64,000 nt of DNA, taken from contig CAWCLO010000004.1 of NCBI GenBank assembly GCA_963796455.1, positions 384,001-448,000 of the forward strand, given 5' to 3'. Of this stretch, positions 21,160-30,411 are shown piece after piece. The stretch's first letter is position 1, and every line of letters begins with the position of its first letter. The translations under genes and the position numbers were made by a program. Under the pieces are notes generated by a model, which worked only from the letters and a program-made list of their open reading frames with translations, was not told the DNA's origin and did not search any database. This DNA comes from Candidatus Sulfomarinibacteraceae bacterium. GTDB lineage: Bacteria > Acidobacteriota > Thermoanaerobaculia > Thermoanaerobaculales > Sulfomarinibacteraceae.

Positions 21160-21316
21160 GCAATACCCCCGGTGGCACGGCATTTTCGATTGTGCGCGTG
21201 CCGCGTGTTGAAGGTAGCAGAATCCGGCCGGTTCTTATGACGGGCAACGGGAAAACATTCGAATTCTCAGTACGGTCGTCGTTTTTGACGGCGTAGATAC
21301 ACTCGAAGTTTTTCTT

Positions 21317-21708
21317 CACTGCTGTCCAAAACAGATTGTCATTTGCGGTTGCCCCGTGCCCGCGTCCGCGTCCGCGTCCGTGCCCGAATTGCAGCGTCAG
21401 CGACAGGCAACAGCGAACAGGGACAGGGGGCAGCAATCAGTGTTCCGGGTCAGCGATCGGGTGTAGTGACGGCGAGGCCATCTCTGGGTCGTTCAACCGA
21501 AGGAACAGCGGTGGTGGTGTAGGCGTCTCGCCTGCACTCCGTCCGGCCGGGGCGGCCGCACCACAAAGACCGGAGCCCCGAAGAAGTGCGCACCGTTGGC
21601 TGCCCCGGCCGCTGATCGCTGACGCTGATGACTGAACACTGCCGCTGGCGACTGTTCGCTGCCGCTGCCCCTGATCGCTGTCCGAGACTTTTGTCTTGGA
21701 CAAGAGTG
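21317..21708 (+). mobile_element. Non-autonomous MITE-like element, copy A (392 bp)
   Basis: Imperfect terminal inverted repeats CACTGCTGTCCAAAACA / TGTCTTGGACAAGAGTG; flanked by GTTTTTCTT and GTTTCTCTT (8/9 identical); homologous to 26445-26853 in inverted orientation. Confidence 0.75.
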
Positions 21709-21722
21709 GTTTCTCTTGCGGA

Positions 21723-22436
21723 CTAACGTCCGAAGACGAGGGTCCCTCCCACATGGCCGAGGGTCGCCATCACGACCATCGCCAGAGCCAAAAGGGTCAG
21801 CTCCACTGCGGCGAGACCCATCGCCATCGGCGATGCGAGATTCACCAACCCCGTGCTCGCCTGAAAGACGAATCCCGATGCGTGGAGCGCGGTTGCGATT
21901 CCGCCGCACAAAAAGAACAGGATCGAAAAAACGATCTTGAGGCGGATCTGCCAGTAGGGCCGGCGGCGATACCGCCGGTTCCAATCCCACAGACCGGAGA
22001 CGAGAGTCACCAGAGACAGACCGACCGAGACTGCCAGGAGCACCAGGGTGGCGTCGGCCAGAGCCGGTGCTTTGGCGACCAACGGAGCCAGGCCCGGCAT
22101 CAGTGGTCGAAGAACCGAGGCGAGGATCAAGAGACCTGCTCCAAGCACCGCAAATGGAAAGAGCCCGATCGGGATGTGGGTCGCCAGTGGGTGGATTCGC
22201 ATCTTGGGCTGCGGTCGGTGGAGTTCGACTTCGAGGACCACCGGCACGGCGTGGCCGTAGACCTCTTCGACGTCGAGCACGACACCGCACAGGGGACAGA
22301 CCATCAATTGGTTGCCGTCGGCATCGACCATGGCCAGCTCGAGGTGGCAGACCGGGCAGTGGAACCTGCGGCCGTAGTATTTGTTTTTGAATTTTTCGGC
22401 GACCTTGGCGACAATCTTACGAATATCGTTGACCAT
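21723..22436 (-). CDS. Metal-ribbon (CPVC...CPLC) plus DUF2231-like membrane protein
   Basis: IHPLATHIPIGLF, SGLWDW and LGHVGGTLVF motifs; about four TM segments. Confidence 0.8.
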   Translation of the reverse strand: MVNDIRKIVAKVAEKFKNKYYGRRFHCPVCHLELAMVDADGNQLMVCPLCGVVLDVEEVYGHAVPVVLEVELHRPQPKMRIHPLATHIPIGLFPFAVLGAGLLILASVLRPLMPGLAPLVAKAPALADATLVLLAVSVGLSLVTLVSGLWDWNRRYRRRPYWQIRLKIVFSILFFLCGGIATALHASGFVFQASTGLVNLASPMAMGLAAVELTLLALAMVVMATLGHVGGTLVFGR

Positions 22437-23576
22437 CTAGATGATCTCCTTTTTCCGCATCAGCTTGCCGACGATGATCATCTTTTGAATCTCGGTCGCA
22501 CCCTCGTAGATCTGGTAGATCTTGGCGTCCCGGATCAGCTTTTCGGCCGGCATTTCGGTCGTGAAGCCATAACCGCCGAGCACCTGGGCGCACTCGATAG
22601 CCGCGTTCATCGCTACATCCGCGGCAAACCACTTCGCCTCCGCCGCCTCGCGGGCGTTGTCTTCACCACGATCGAAGAGCCAGGCCGCCTTGTAGGTGAG
22701 GAACCGGGCCGCATCGAGGCGGGTCATCATCTCGGCCAGCTTGAAGGAGATCCCCTGGTTGGAGATGAGCTTCTTGTCAAAGGTGCGTCGTCGTTTGGCG
22801 TATGACAAAGCGATGTTGAGCGCCGCTTTGGAGATCCCGTTGGCTCCGGCCGCGACGCCGGGACGGGTGTGGTCAAAGGTCTTCATTGCGATCTGAAAAC
22901 CGTCGCCCTCTTCTCCGAGGCGGTTTTTCTCGGCGACCTTGACGTCTTCGAAGCTCACCCGCACCGTGTTGGATGCATGTTGCCCGAGATTGATCTCCTT
23001 GGGCCCGCGGATGATGCCCGGAGAGTCCGCTGGGACGATAAAGGCGGTGGGCTTGTCGTCCGCCCGCGCGAGCACGAAATACCAGCTCGCAACCGAACCG
23101 TTGGTAATCCACCACTTGATCCCGTTCAGGACGTAATCGTTGCCGATCTTGGTTGCCTCGGTTTTGACCCGAGAGACATCGGAACCGGCCTCCGGCTCGG
23201 TCACGGCGTAGGCGGAGAATTGCAGCTCCTCGGTCATGGGAGCGAGGAAACGCCTCTTCTGGTCGTCGGTGCCGGCGAGGATCACCGGGTACTGGGAGAG
23301 ACCATTGGCATCAATGGCAGTGGCAATTCCGGAACAACCGGTGCTCATCTCTTCCATCACCATGCAGTGGTCCAGCACCGAGTGCGGCGCGCCTCCGTAT
23401 TCCTCGGGGATGTGGGGGTTCATGAACCCTTGCTTGAAGGCCTCGCGGCAGATTTCGACTGGGAATTCCCCAGACCGGTCGTGTTCCATGGCCCGCGGAG
23501 AGATCCACTCTTTGGTGAAAGCACGGGCTTTCTCAACCAACTCGGTCTGTTCGGCGCTGAGGCTGAAATCCATCAT
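22437..23576 (-). CDS. Acyl-CoA dehydrogenase
   Basis: MDFSLSAEQ start, YAVTEPEAGSD, LNGIKWWITNG, QVLGGYGF and IYEGATEIQ (catalytic Glu). The true start MMDFS overlaps the upstream stop. Confidence 0.95.
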   Translation of the reverse strand: MMDFSLSAEQTELVEKARAFTKEWISPRAMEHDRSGEFPVEICREAFKQGFMNPHIPEEYGGAPHSVLDHCMVMEEMSTGCSGIATAIDANGLSQYPVILAGTDDQKRRFLAPMTEELQFSAYAVTEPEAGSDVSRVKTEATKIGNDYVLNGIKWWITNGSVASWYFVLARADDKPTAFIVPADSPGIIRGPKEINLGQHASNTVRVSFEDVKVAEKNRLGEEGDGFQIAMKTFDHTRPGVAAGANGISKAALNIALSYAKRRRTFDKKLISNQGISFKLAEMMTRLDAARFLTYKAAWLFDRGEDNAREAAEAKWFAADVAMNAAIECAQVLGGYGFTTEMPAEKLIRDAKIYQIYEGATEIQKMIIVGKLMRKKEII

Positions 23577-24127
23577 CGCTGTTTCTCCTTCTGAACATCG
23601 ATCAGCTTGGGCGCGTCTCCCGAGTAGTCGGCGACACAGGCGAGCACGTCGAGCGGCGGGTCCCAGTCCATATCGGACTTGTACGAGGTTGAACCGAAGC
23701 CCTGGCGCCCGAGCGAGATTTTGAGGCCGAAGAAGGAGAGCCCGAATACCAACGCGCAGTTGCCCCCGACGATCGCCGCTCCCAGCCAGGACATCAATCT
23801 CGGTTCGGTCTTGGCGGACCAAAGCGAGATCATTTCGATCACCACCATGACGATCAAAACGAGCGACAGGATCAACTTGGCGCGGTGACTTGCCGGCCAA
23901 TTCACGTACATATGGTTGCGTTCGCTGATGCCGGTGAGAGTGGACGGCAGGGCGAGTATGGCGATCGCGCCGAGGGAGAACCAGAGCAATACAGACCATG
24001 TTCCCGGACCGATTCCGCCGATCCAGATGTTGCCGACCATGAGGACAAAACTCGCGGCAGCGAGCGGCGCACATGCGACCACGGTATGAACCAGCATCGA
24101 GTGCATGTGGAGAGGTCGATGATCCAT
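23573..24127 (-). CDS. DUF2231-like membrane protein
   Basis: HMHSMLVHTVVA, LTGISE, SHRAKLILS; about four TM segments; GGAGGA RBS. Confidence 0.72.
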   Translation of the reverse strand: MDHRPLHMHSMLVHTVVACAPLAAASFVLMVGNIWIGGIGPGTWSVLLWFSLGAIAILALPSTLTGISERNHMYVNWPASHRAKLILSLVLIVMVVIEMISLWSAKTEPRLMSWLGAAIVGGNCALVFGLSFFGLKISLGRQGFGSTSYKSDMDWDPPLDVLACVADYSGDAPKLIDVQKEKQR

Positions 24128-24362
24128 GGATCCTCCGTCGCCTGCCGCCCGTCAGACGGCATATTCGTATTTTGATGGTTGATCATATCATCTAACGTGA
24201 AAATGAGAATACATCGCAAAACAAGAGATCTATCCTGACCCTTGCTGCCCTGAAATCAAACGCCGCGTATCGAAGTCCATTCGCCGACGGCGAGGAGTCG
24301 GATTGCCGCATGAGCCGATTGCCCTATTCGAAACAGAGGTGCCGGCTGAAGATTCAGCACGA

Positions 24363-25532
24363 TCAGGTTCCCGAAAGGAGACCCTCGATTTCATCGAACC
24401 GGGCTTCGGTGTCGCCATCGCCGAGCTCCATGAGGCGTCGGGTGTAGTCGGGCTGGAACATGATCATGCTGAGGGCGTCCGGGCTTTCGGTCTCCCGCGT
24501 GCCGAGACCACGGGTGGCGAACCGGAAGGCACGCGGCAGCTTCGGTTCGAACTCAGCAGCGAGGCGCCCGAGATCCTGTGATGGGCGGATGATCAGGGTT
24601 TCGATGTGTCGGAGGGTTCGTCCATCGTTGCTGTCGACCGTGTCGGCCAGGCGATTGATGAGCTCGACTCGCCGCGCATCCTCGTCGTAGAGGTCGAGGA
24701 AAACCGAGTTCAGAAGCTGACCGAAAATCTGGGCGGGTGGCGGGTAACCACGCACCGCCGAGCGGTCGGCCTCGGCCTGGTTTCGGTCATATCTTGTGGA
24801 GACCGCGAGGACTCGGTTTGCACCGAGCTTGATGGCCGGTGAGAACGGCGGCGCGAGCCGGATGCCACCGTCGCCGTGCCAACCGCTGCCGAGTTGGACC
24901 GCGGGAAAGAGGATCGGCAGGGCGGCCGAAGCCATGACGTGTTCGACCCCGATCTCGGTTGTGATGCCCAGACGTTGCGGACGCCGCCACGGTCGTGCGT
25001 TCGTGCCCTGCATCCACACCACCGACTGCCCGGTGCCATAGTCGACGGTGGTGATCGCTAGGGCGCTGATAACACCGTCCGCTATGTTGCGGGCGATCCC
25101 CGGAGCGCCGCCATCGCCACCGCCGATGGCTGACTGCAGCAGGTCGCGGAGAGGTTCAGTGTCGACCAGAGCCCGCGGATCTGGGCCGATTCGCAAACCG
25201 CATGAGGCCAGTTTGCAGCCCCAGTTGAAGAAGTTTCTCGCCAGGGCCCAGACATCGGTACGAAAAACCCCGTCGACCGTCAGCGAGCCCCAGAGATCAG
25301 CCAGTGCGTCGGACGCTTCGGTTGCGGTGCCTGCGAAGGACGCCAGAAACGCAGCGTTGATCGCCCCGGCCGAGATGCCCGTGACGATCGGAAACCGGAG
25401 GTCGGGCCGGCGGCGAGCGAGACAGCGAAGCACACCGGCCTGGTAGGCGGCACGAGCGCCGCCACCGCCCAAAACCAGCGCGATATCTTCTCGGTCGGGT
25501 GACAACTGCCTGGTCATCGTGACCCCGATCAT
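24363..25532 (-). CDS. Patatin-like phospholipase
   Basis: GGGGARAAYQAG, GISAG (Ser nucleophile) and DGG motifs. Confidence 0.93.
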   Translation of the reverse strand: MIGVTMTRQLSPDREDIALVLGGGGARAAYQAGVLRCLARRRPDLRFPIVTGISAGAINAAFLASFAGTATEASDALADLWGSLTVDGVFRTDVWALARNFFNWGCKLASCGLRIGPDPRALVDTEPLRDLLQSAIGGGDGGAPGIARNIADGVISALAITTVDYGTGQSVVWMQGTNARPWRRPQRLGITTEIGVEHVMASAALPILFPAVQLGSGWHGDGGIRLAPPFSPAIKLGANRVLAVSTRYDRNQAEADRSAVRGYPPPAQIFGQLLNSVFLDLYDEDARRVELINRLADTVDSNDGRTLRHIETLIIRPSQDLGRLAAEFEPKLPRAFRFATRGLGTRETESPDALSMIMFQPDYTRRLMELGDGDTEARFDEIEGLLSGT

Positions 25533-25796
25533 ACTCGCGATCCTGAAGAGGCGCGGCTGCCTGTACCTTTTGGCGATCCGCAGGAATTGTTTTCAACGTC
25601 GTTTTGCGAAATTCTCTCAGCGTGCTGGAGTCGGTGGAGCGTTCCTGGATTTCTATCGGCCATGACGATTTCCACTACTCACCCGAATCCGAGTTCATCG
25701 CATTCGGTCAGACCCGTGAGGGGAGCTTCAATGTGACGGTCCAGCCGGTGGAGAGAATCGAGAGTTTTGCGTCCGGGAGATCAGCTTGGAGCGCGC

Positions 25797-26408
25797 TTAC
25801 TCGGAGCCGCGCCATTCGCGCAGCATCTGCACGACCAGGCGACCGTTTTCCTCGCTGTAAACAAAGAGGCCGTCATCGGTGAAAAGTCGAGCGGCAGCTT
25901 CGGGGCGATCGGTGTGCAGCCAGGGTCCGAACTCGGAAAGCACCTCGCCGAGAGCGCGGGCACCGTCAGGGGACATGGTGGCGACGATCCGAGTGATCTT
26001 GCCGCTCGGGTTGAAGGTGAACACGGAGGATGGGTAGAACATGCTGCCGAGACCGGCGGTTTTCAACCAGTCGTTCTGTTCGCGGGCCTCGCAGGTCACG
26101 ATCGAGTCTTCGACGATGCAATTGCTGAATTCCACCTGAGCCTGAATACCGACATCGTAATGATGCAGAGCGCGAATGGAATCCAGATCGGGCATGGTGC
26201 CCATCCCTACCACCTCGAAACGGGCGTCGGGAGAGAACATGGCGAGGGCCCTTTCGACCTCAGATCTATTGTGCGACTCCTGGTAGGTGTTGATCAAGGC
26301 GAGGAAATCAGGCGCTCGGTTTTCGAGGGTTGGCGAGCGTTGAGGGGCGCATGCGGTGATCAACAGTACCGCGGCCAAAACCGTTGGCATCGACGAAATC
26401 CTATGCAT
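25797..26408 (-). CDS. NTF2/SnoaL-like lipoprotein
   Basis: AAGGAGGA RBS; lipobox ITAC; ALAMFSPDARF...FTFNPSGKITRI. Confidence 0.75.
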   Translation of the reverse strand: MHRISSMPTVLAAVLLITACAPQRSPTLENRAPDFLALINTYQESHNRSEVERALAMFSPDARFEVVGMGTMPDLDSIRALHHYDVGIQAQVEFSNCIVEDSIVTCEAREQNDWLKTAGLGSMFYPSSVFTFNPSGKITRIVATMSPDGARALGEVLSEFGPWLHTDRPEAAARLFTDDGLFVYSEENGRLVVQMLREWRGSE

Positions 26409-26444
26409 TGTGTCCTCCTTGTGGGTGCACGGATCATACTTGAT

Positions 26445-26853
26445 CATTCTTGTCCAAGTCAGTGTCTCAGACAGTCTTCAGGGACAGCGACGGGGAACAG
26501 CAGACAGCGTCAGGGATCAGGGGTCAGCGGCAGCGAACAGCGACAGGGGCAACCAACGGCGCGCACTTCTTCGGGGCTCCGGTCTTCGTGGTGCGGCCGT
26601 CCCGGCCGGACGGTGTGCAGGCGAGACGCCTACACCACCATCGCTGTTCCTTCGGTTGAACGATCCGGAAGTGGCCATTTCGCTGCATGAACTCCAGACT
26701 GCCGCCGCTGCTCTCCGTCGCTGAACACTGTCGCTGCCGCTGCAATTTGGACGCGGACACGGACACAGGCGCCGGCAACCGCGGACCGGATTTGCTGAAT
26801 CTGGTGCGGTCATGTGGGCAACTCCACACGACGATCTGTTTTGGACAGCAGTG
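26445..26853 (-). mobile_element. Non-autonomous MITE-like element, copy B (409 bp, inverted relative to copy A)
   Basis: Ends CATTCTTGTCCAAG and TGTTTTGGACAGCAGTG; ~130 bp core nearly identical to copy A; flanks ATACTTGAT / ATATGAGAT (6/9). Confidence 0.72.
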
Positions 26854-26937
26854 ATATGAGATGAAAGCAGCGAATCGGACTCGTGTAACAATATCTCTCG
26901 TGACAAGACAGATACCTCGACCCGGGCTGGGAACGAG

Positions 26938-28284
26938 ATGATCGGAATCCTCAAACCCGCTCCTGCCGCCACACCGCTATCCGAGGAGCGGGTCGATCCC
27001 ACGTACAAACGACTGCGAATCCAGGTCTTCGTCGGTATCTTTGTCGGTTATGCGGGTTTTTACCTCGTCCGAAAAAACTTTTCCCTGGCCATGCCCTATC
27101 TCATCGAACAGGGATACACCCGGACCGAGCTGGGCTTCGCTCTTTCCGGGGTTTCCATCGCCTACGGACTGAGCAAATTTTTGATGGGATCGGTTTCGGA
27201 CCGAAGCAACCCACGATATTTCATGGCCCTGGGGCTCGGTCTTTCGGCCTGCGTCATGTTCGTGCTCGGGTTGGCGCCGTTTGCTCTTTCGTCGGTGGCG
27301 GCGATGGCGGTGTTGTTGCTGTTGAATGGCTGGTTTCAGGGCATGGGTTGGCCGGCCAGCGGGCGCACGATGGTGCACTGGTTTTCGGTCAGCGAACGTG
27401 GCATCAAGATGGCCCTGTGGAACGTCGCCCACAATGTGGGTGGAGGGCTGGTGGGACCGCTGTTTCTTCTCGGGTTGGCCGTGACCGGCGGTGATTGGCA
27501 TAGTGTTTTCTACATCAATGCTCTTTGCGCGCTGGCGATCGCCGTGTTTGTTCTGTTCACGGTTCGGGACACGCCCCAGTCCGAGGGGCTTCCGCCGATT
27601 GAAGAACATCGCAACGACCGTGCGCCGCACTATGACCCGGAGGTCGACGAGCGGGAGATGACTGCGGTCGAGATCTTCTTCACCCACGTCTTCCGCAACC
27701 GTCTCCTGTGGTACCTCGCCATCGCGAATGTCTTCGTGTACACCGTGCGCTACGGAGTGATCGACTGGGTGCCCACCTATCTGCAGGAGGCAAAGGGCCA
27801 CTCGGTGGATACCTCGAGTTGGGCCTATTTCCTTTACGAGTGGGCCGGGATCCCGGGCACCCTGGTTTGCGCCTGGCTCAGTGATCGAGTCTTCAGGGGC
27901 AGGAGGGGGCCCGCCAGTTTCATCTTCATGATCCTGGTGACAATGGCGGTGGCCGTCTATTGGATCAACCCCCCAGGCCGGCCCGGCGTCGATATGGCTG
28001 CGCTGTTGGCAATAGGGTTTCTGATCTACGGCCCGGTGATGCTGATCGGTCTCCAGGCTCTGGATCTGGTGCCCAAGAAGGCGGCGGGTACGGCCGCCGG
28101 GCTCACTGGGCTCTTTGGATACTTCGGTGGCGCCTTTGCCGCAAACATCGCCATCGGTGCGGCGGTCGATCGTTTCGGCTGGGACGGTGGCTTCTGGCTG
28201 CTCTTTGGCAGCTGTTTGATATCGGTGGCTCTCTTTGCCCTGGTGTGGAGGATTGAGAGCCGCTCGGTGACCGGCATATCGTGA
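26938..28284 (+). CDS. glpT: Glycerol-3-phosphate transporter (MFS, OPA family)
   Basis: [53 protein letters not shown] and [12 protein letters not shown] motifs. Confidence 0.93.
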   Translation: MIGILKPAPAATPLSEERVDPTYKRLRIQVFVGIFVGYAGFYLVRKNFSLAMPYLIEQGYTRTELGFALSGVSIAYGLSKFLMGSVSDRSNPRYFMALGLGLSACVMFVLGLAPFALSSVAAMAVLLLLNGWFQGMGWPASGRTMVHWFSVSERGIKMALWNVAHNVGGGLVGPLFLLGLAVTGGDWHSVFYINALCALAIAVFVLFTVRDTPQSEGLPPIEEHRNDRAPHYDPEVDEREMTAVEIFFTHVFRNRLLWYLAIANVFVYTVRYGVIDWVPTYLQEAKGHSVDTSSWAYFLYEWAGIPGTLVCAWLSDRVFRGRRGPASFIFMILVTMAVAVYWINPPGRPGVDMAALLAIGFLIYGPVMLIGLQALDLVPKKAAGTAAGLTGLFGYFGGAFAANIAIGAAVDRFGWDGGFWLLFGSCLISVALFALVWRIESRSVTGIS

Positions 28285-28289
28285 GCCGA

Positions 28290-28545
28290 CCCGGCTGCGG
28301 TTTCGCCCGATGGCCGATCCCTCGCACTGCTTCTGAGGCGTGAGGCGGGTTGGCACATCCACATTCTCAGCGCCGACGGTGCCGAGTTCGAGGTGCTTTC
28401 GGAAGAGGTGGATGATGGCGGGGCGGCTACGTGGTCGCCGGATGGGCGGTGGGTCGTCACCGGGGGGAGCGTCGCGGGAGTCCAGGGGCTGTACAAGATT
28501 CCGGTCCATGGCGGCACCGCGGAACGAATTGCCGATGCCTTGCGG
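28290..28545 (+). pseudogene. Internal fragment of a TolB/PD40 beta-propeller gene
   Basis: Frame reads PAAVSPDGRSLALLLRREAGWHIHILSADG...ATWSPDGRWVV...GLYKIPVHGGTAERIAD with no start codon or RBS ahead of the first blade. Confidence 0.65.
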
Positions 28546-28637
28546 GTGGATCAGCACGATGTCACCCATCGGTTCGAGTCGGTCAGAATCTTCGTGCTAG
28601 TCTCATTTCGAAAATTGAGTTTGCCACATGAGGAGCC

Positions 28638-29552
28638 TTGATGAAAAACCTGATGTTGGGTGCGGTTTTGAGTGCGCTGATGGTGCTGTTGATTCATCCG
28701 ATCGCCGCGGTGGCCGAAGAAGATGGTCTCAAGCTCTATATTTCTGTCGACATGGAAGGGGTTGTGGGGGTTGTGACCGCCGATCAGCTGGGCCCCGATG
28801 GCTTTGAATACCAGAGCGCCCGCGAATGGATGACCGGGGAACTGCTGGCTGCGATCCAGGCGGCGCGCGAAGCCGGAGTGACCGAGATCCTGGTCAGCGA
28901 TTCACACGGCAACGGCGAAAACCTTCTCATCGACCGGTTGCCCGACGATGTTCTCGTGGTTCGATCCTGGCCCCGCCCGTTGGGAATGATGCAGGGGATC
29001 GATTCGACATTTGATGCGGTGATTTTTCTCGGCTATCACACTGGCACTTCCAACCCAGATGGAGTCAGGGCTCACACCTTTTCAAGCGCCCGTTTGGCTG
29101 ATGTTCGACTCAACGGAACCTCGATGCCCGAGGCGGGTGTGAACGCGGCCATCGCCGGCAAATTCGGAGTGCCGGTGATCATGGTGTCGGGCGACGACGC
29201 GGTCGTGGAACAGGTACGCCAGATTGTCGGCGATGTCGAGGGCGCGGTGGTCAAATGGAACTACAGCTTTCATTCGGCCAAGACGATGACCCCCTCCGCG
29301 TCCTATCGATTGATCGGTGAAACAGTCAAGAAAGCCCTGGCTCGGCTCGACGATTTCAAACCCTTCGTCCTTCCGGGTCCGGTCACCCTGGATGTTCGGT
29401 TCAAAAACTACCGGCCGTCGCAGATCCTGGCCTACCTGCCGATCGTCGAGCGGACCGACTCGCACTCGATTCGCTTCGTGGGCGAGGACATGGTCGAGAT
29501 CTCGCACTTTCTCCAGTTCATGAACGGATACAACTCCGGGCTCGAGCCTTGA
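28638..29552 (+). CDS. dppA: M55 family D-aminopeptidase (DppA-like) with signal peptide
   Basis: LYISVDMEG, VSDSHG, FLGYH, AHT, E...NA and VSGDD motifs. Confidence 0.9.
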   Translation: MMKNLMLGAVLSALMVLLIHPIAAVAEEDGLKLYISVDMEGVVGVVTADQLGPDGFEYQSAREWMTGELLAAIQAAREAGVTEILVSDSHGNGENLLIDRLPDDVLVVRSWPRPLGMMQGIDSTFDAVIFLGYHTGTSNPDGVRAHTFSSARLADVRLNGTSMPEAGVNAAIAGKFGVPVIMVSGDDAVVEQVRQIVGDVEGAVVKWNYSFHSAKTMTPSASYRLIGETVKKALARLDDFKPFVLPGPVTLDVRFKNYRPSQILAYLPIVERTDSHSIRFVGEDMVEISHFLQFMNGYNSGLEP

Positions 29553-29600
29553 CAAAGAGGCCCGGCCATCGCGATTGACCCTGATGGCCGAGGAGCGGAA

Positions 29601-30161
29601 TCAATAGATCAGCGAGAAGGTGTGGTTGATCCACTCATCGAGGCCGTTCGAACCATCCCACTCGGCTCGGCCCCGGCGTCGTCGGACATCCGCCATCTCG
29701 CGTGATCGATCAATGGCGTTGACGATCCGGCCGTCAACGAGGATCAATTCGGTGACGTTGCGGAATTTGTGGGCGGGTTGGAAACCCATGTGAACGTAGA
29801 GCTCCACGATGAATTCGTGGCCGAGCATGAGGCCGCCGGAATAGGTCATGGGTTCGTGGATATCGGTGTAGCAACAGCCGAGATTGCCATCGAGTCTGGG
29901 TGCGACTCCAAAGAGATTGGGTGGGGGATCGGGCTCTCCGCCATTCAGACGATCCCGGTCAAAACCCATCTCGAGGTGGTCGAGATAGAGATGCGAATCA
30001 CTGACCAGATAGGAACAGGTGTAGCCGCGGTGGCAGGCGGTGTTGACCGACATGGGGTCGAGACCGTGTTCGTAGGGGTCGAAGAGACCCACACCCTTGA
30101 CTCCACAAAGATCGAATATCGTGTCTTTGTAGGTCACTCTGTCTGGTATCTGTGCGGTCAT
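29601..30161 (-). CDS. Conserved hypothetical protein
   Basis: MTAQIPD...TACHRGYTCSY...YVHMGF; GGAGG RBS. Confidence 0.75.
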   Translation of the reverse strand: MTAQIPDRVTYKDTIFDLCGVKGVGLFDPYEHGLDPMSVNTACHRGYTCSYLVSDSHLYLDHLEMGFDRDRLNGGEPDPPPNLFGVAPRLDGNLGCCYTDIHEPMTYSGGLMLGHEFIVELYVHMGFQPAHKFRNVTELILVDGRIVNAIDRSREMADVRRRRGRAEWDGSNGLDEWINHTFSLIY

Positions 30162-30268
30162 GCGCGAGCCTCCATGCGGCCGCGGCGAGCACGATCTGTT
30201 GCTCCTTGCCGGCCCTGCTGGAAATATTCAACGCAAGAGCGGTGCCAGGATCGGGGGAAGGGTTCTTC

Positions 30269-30284
30269 TGTGACATGTCTCACT
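30269..30284. promoter_or_regulatory. CRP/FNR-family-like binding site
   Basis: TGTGA-CATGTC-TCACT in a divergent intergenic region. Confidence 0.35.
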
Positions 30285-30411
30285 TTGTGACAGTGGGGGA
30301 GGGGCCGATAGGTTTGACTGGAGAATCCTCTGTATTCCTCGCTCGTTCGAACAAAACGATCACAATTCCGTTGCATGAGTCGAAGCGATTGATTCACCGG
30401 TTGGAGGATTC

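Noticed and set aside
21570..21606. Group II intron domain V-like sequence (GAGCC...GGCT) in the element core
   Set aside because: It lacks the regular domain V stem with GNRA loop and bulge, and there is no domain VI or RT gene.
21336..21754. Short ORFs inside the repeated element (also 26450-27008)
   Set aside because: Similarity between copies follows from DNA identity. Starts and stops are not conserved and the peptides are low-complexity.
22437..24074. 545 aa extended acyl-CoA dehydrogenase ORF
   Set aside because: The N-terminal extension overlaps the DUF2231-like gene in another frame. The true start is MMDFS at 23576 after an AGGAG RBS.
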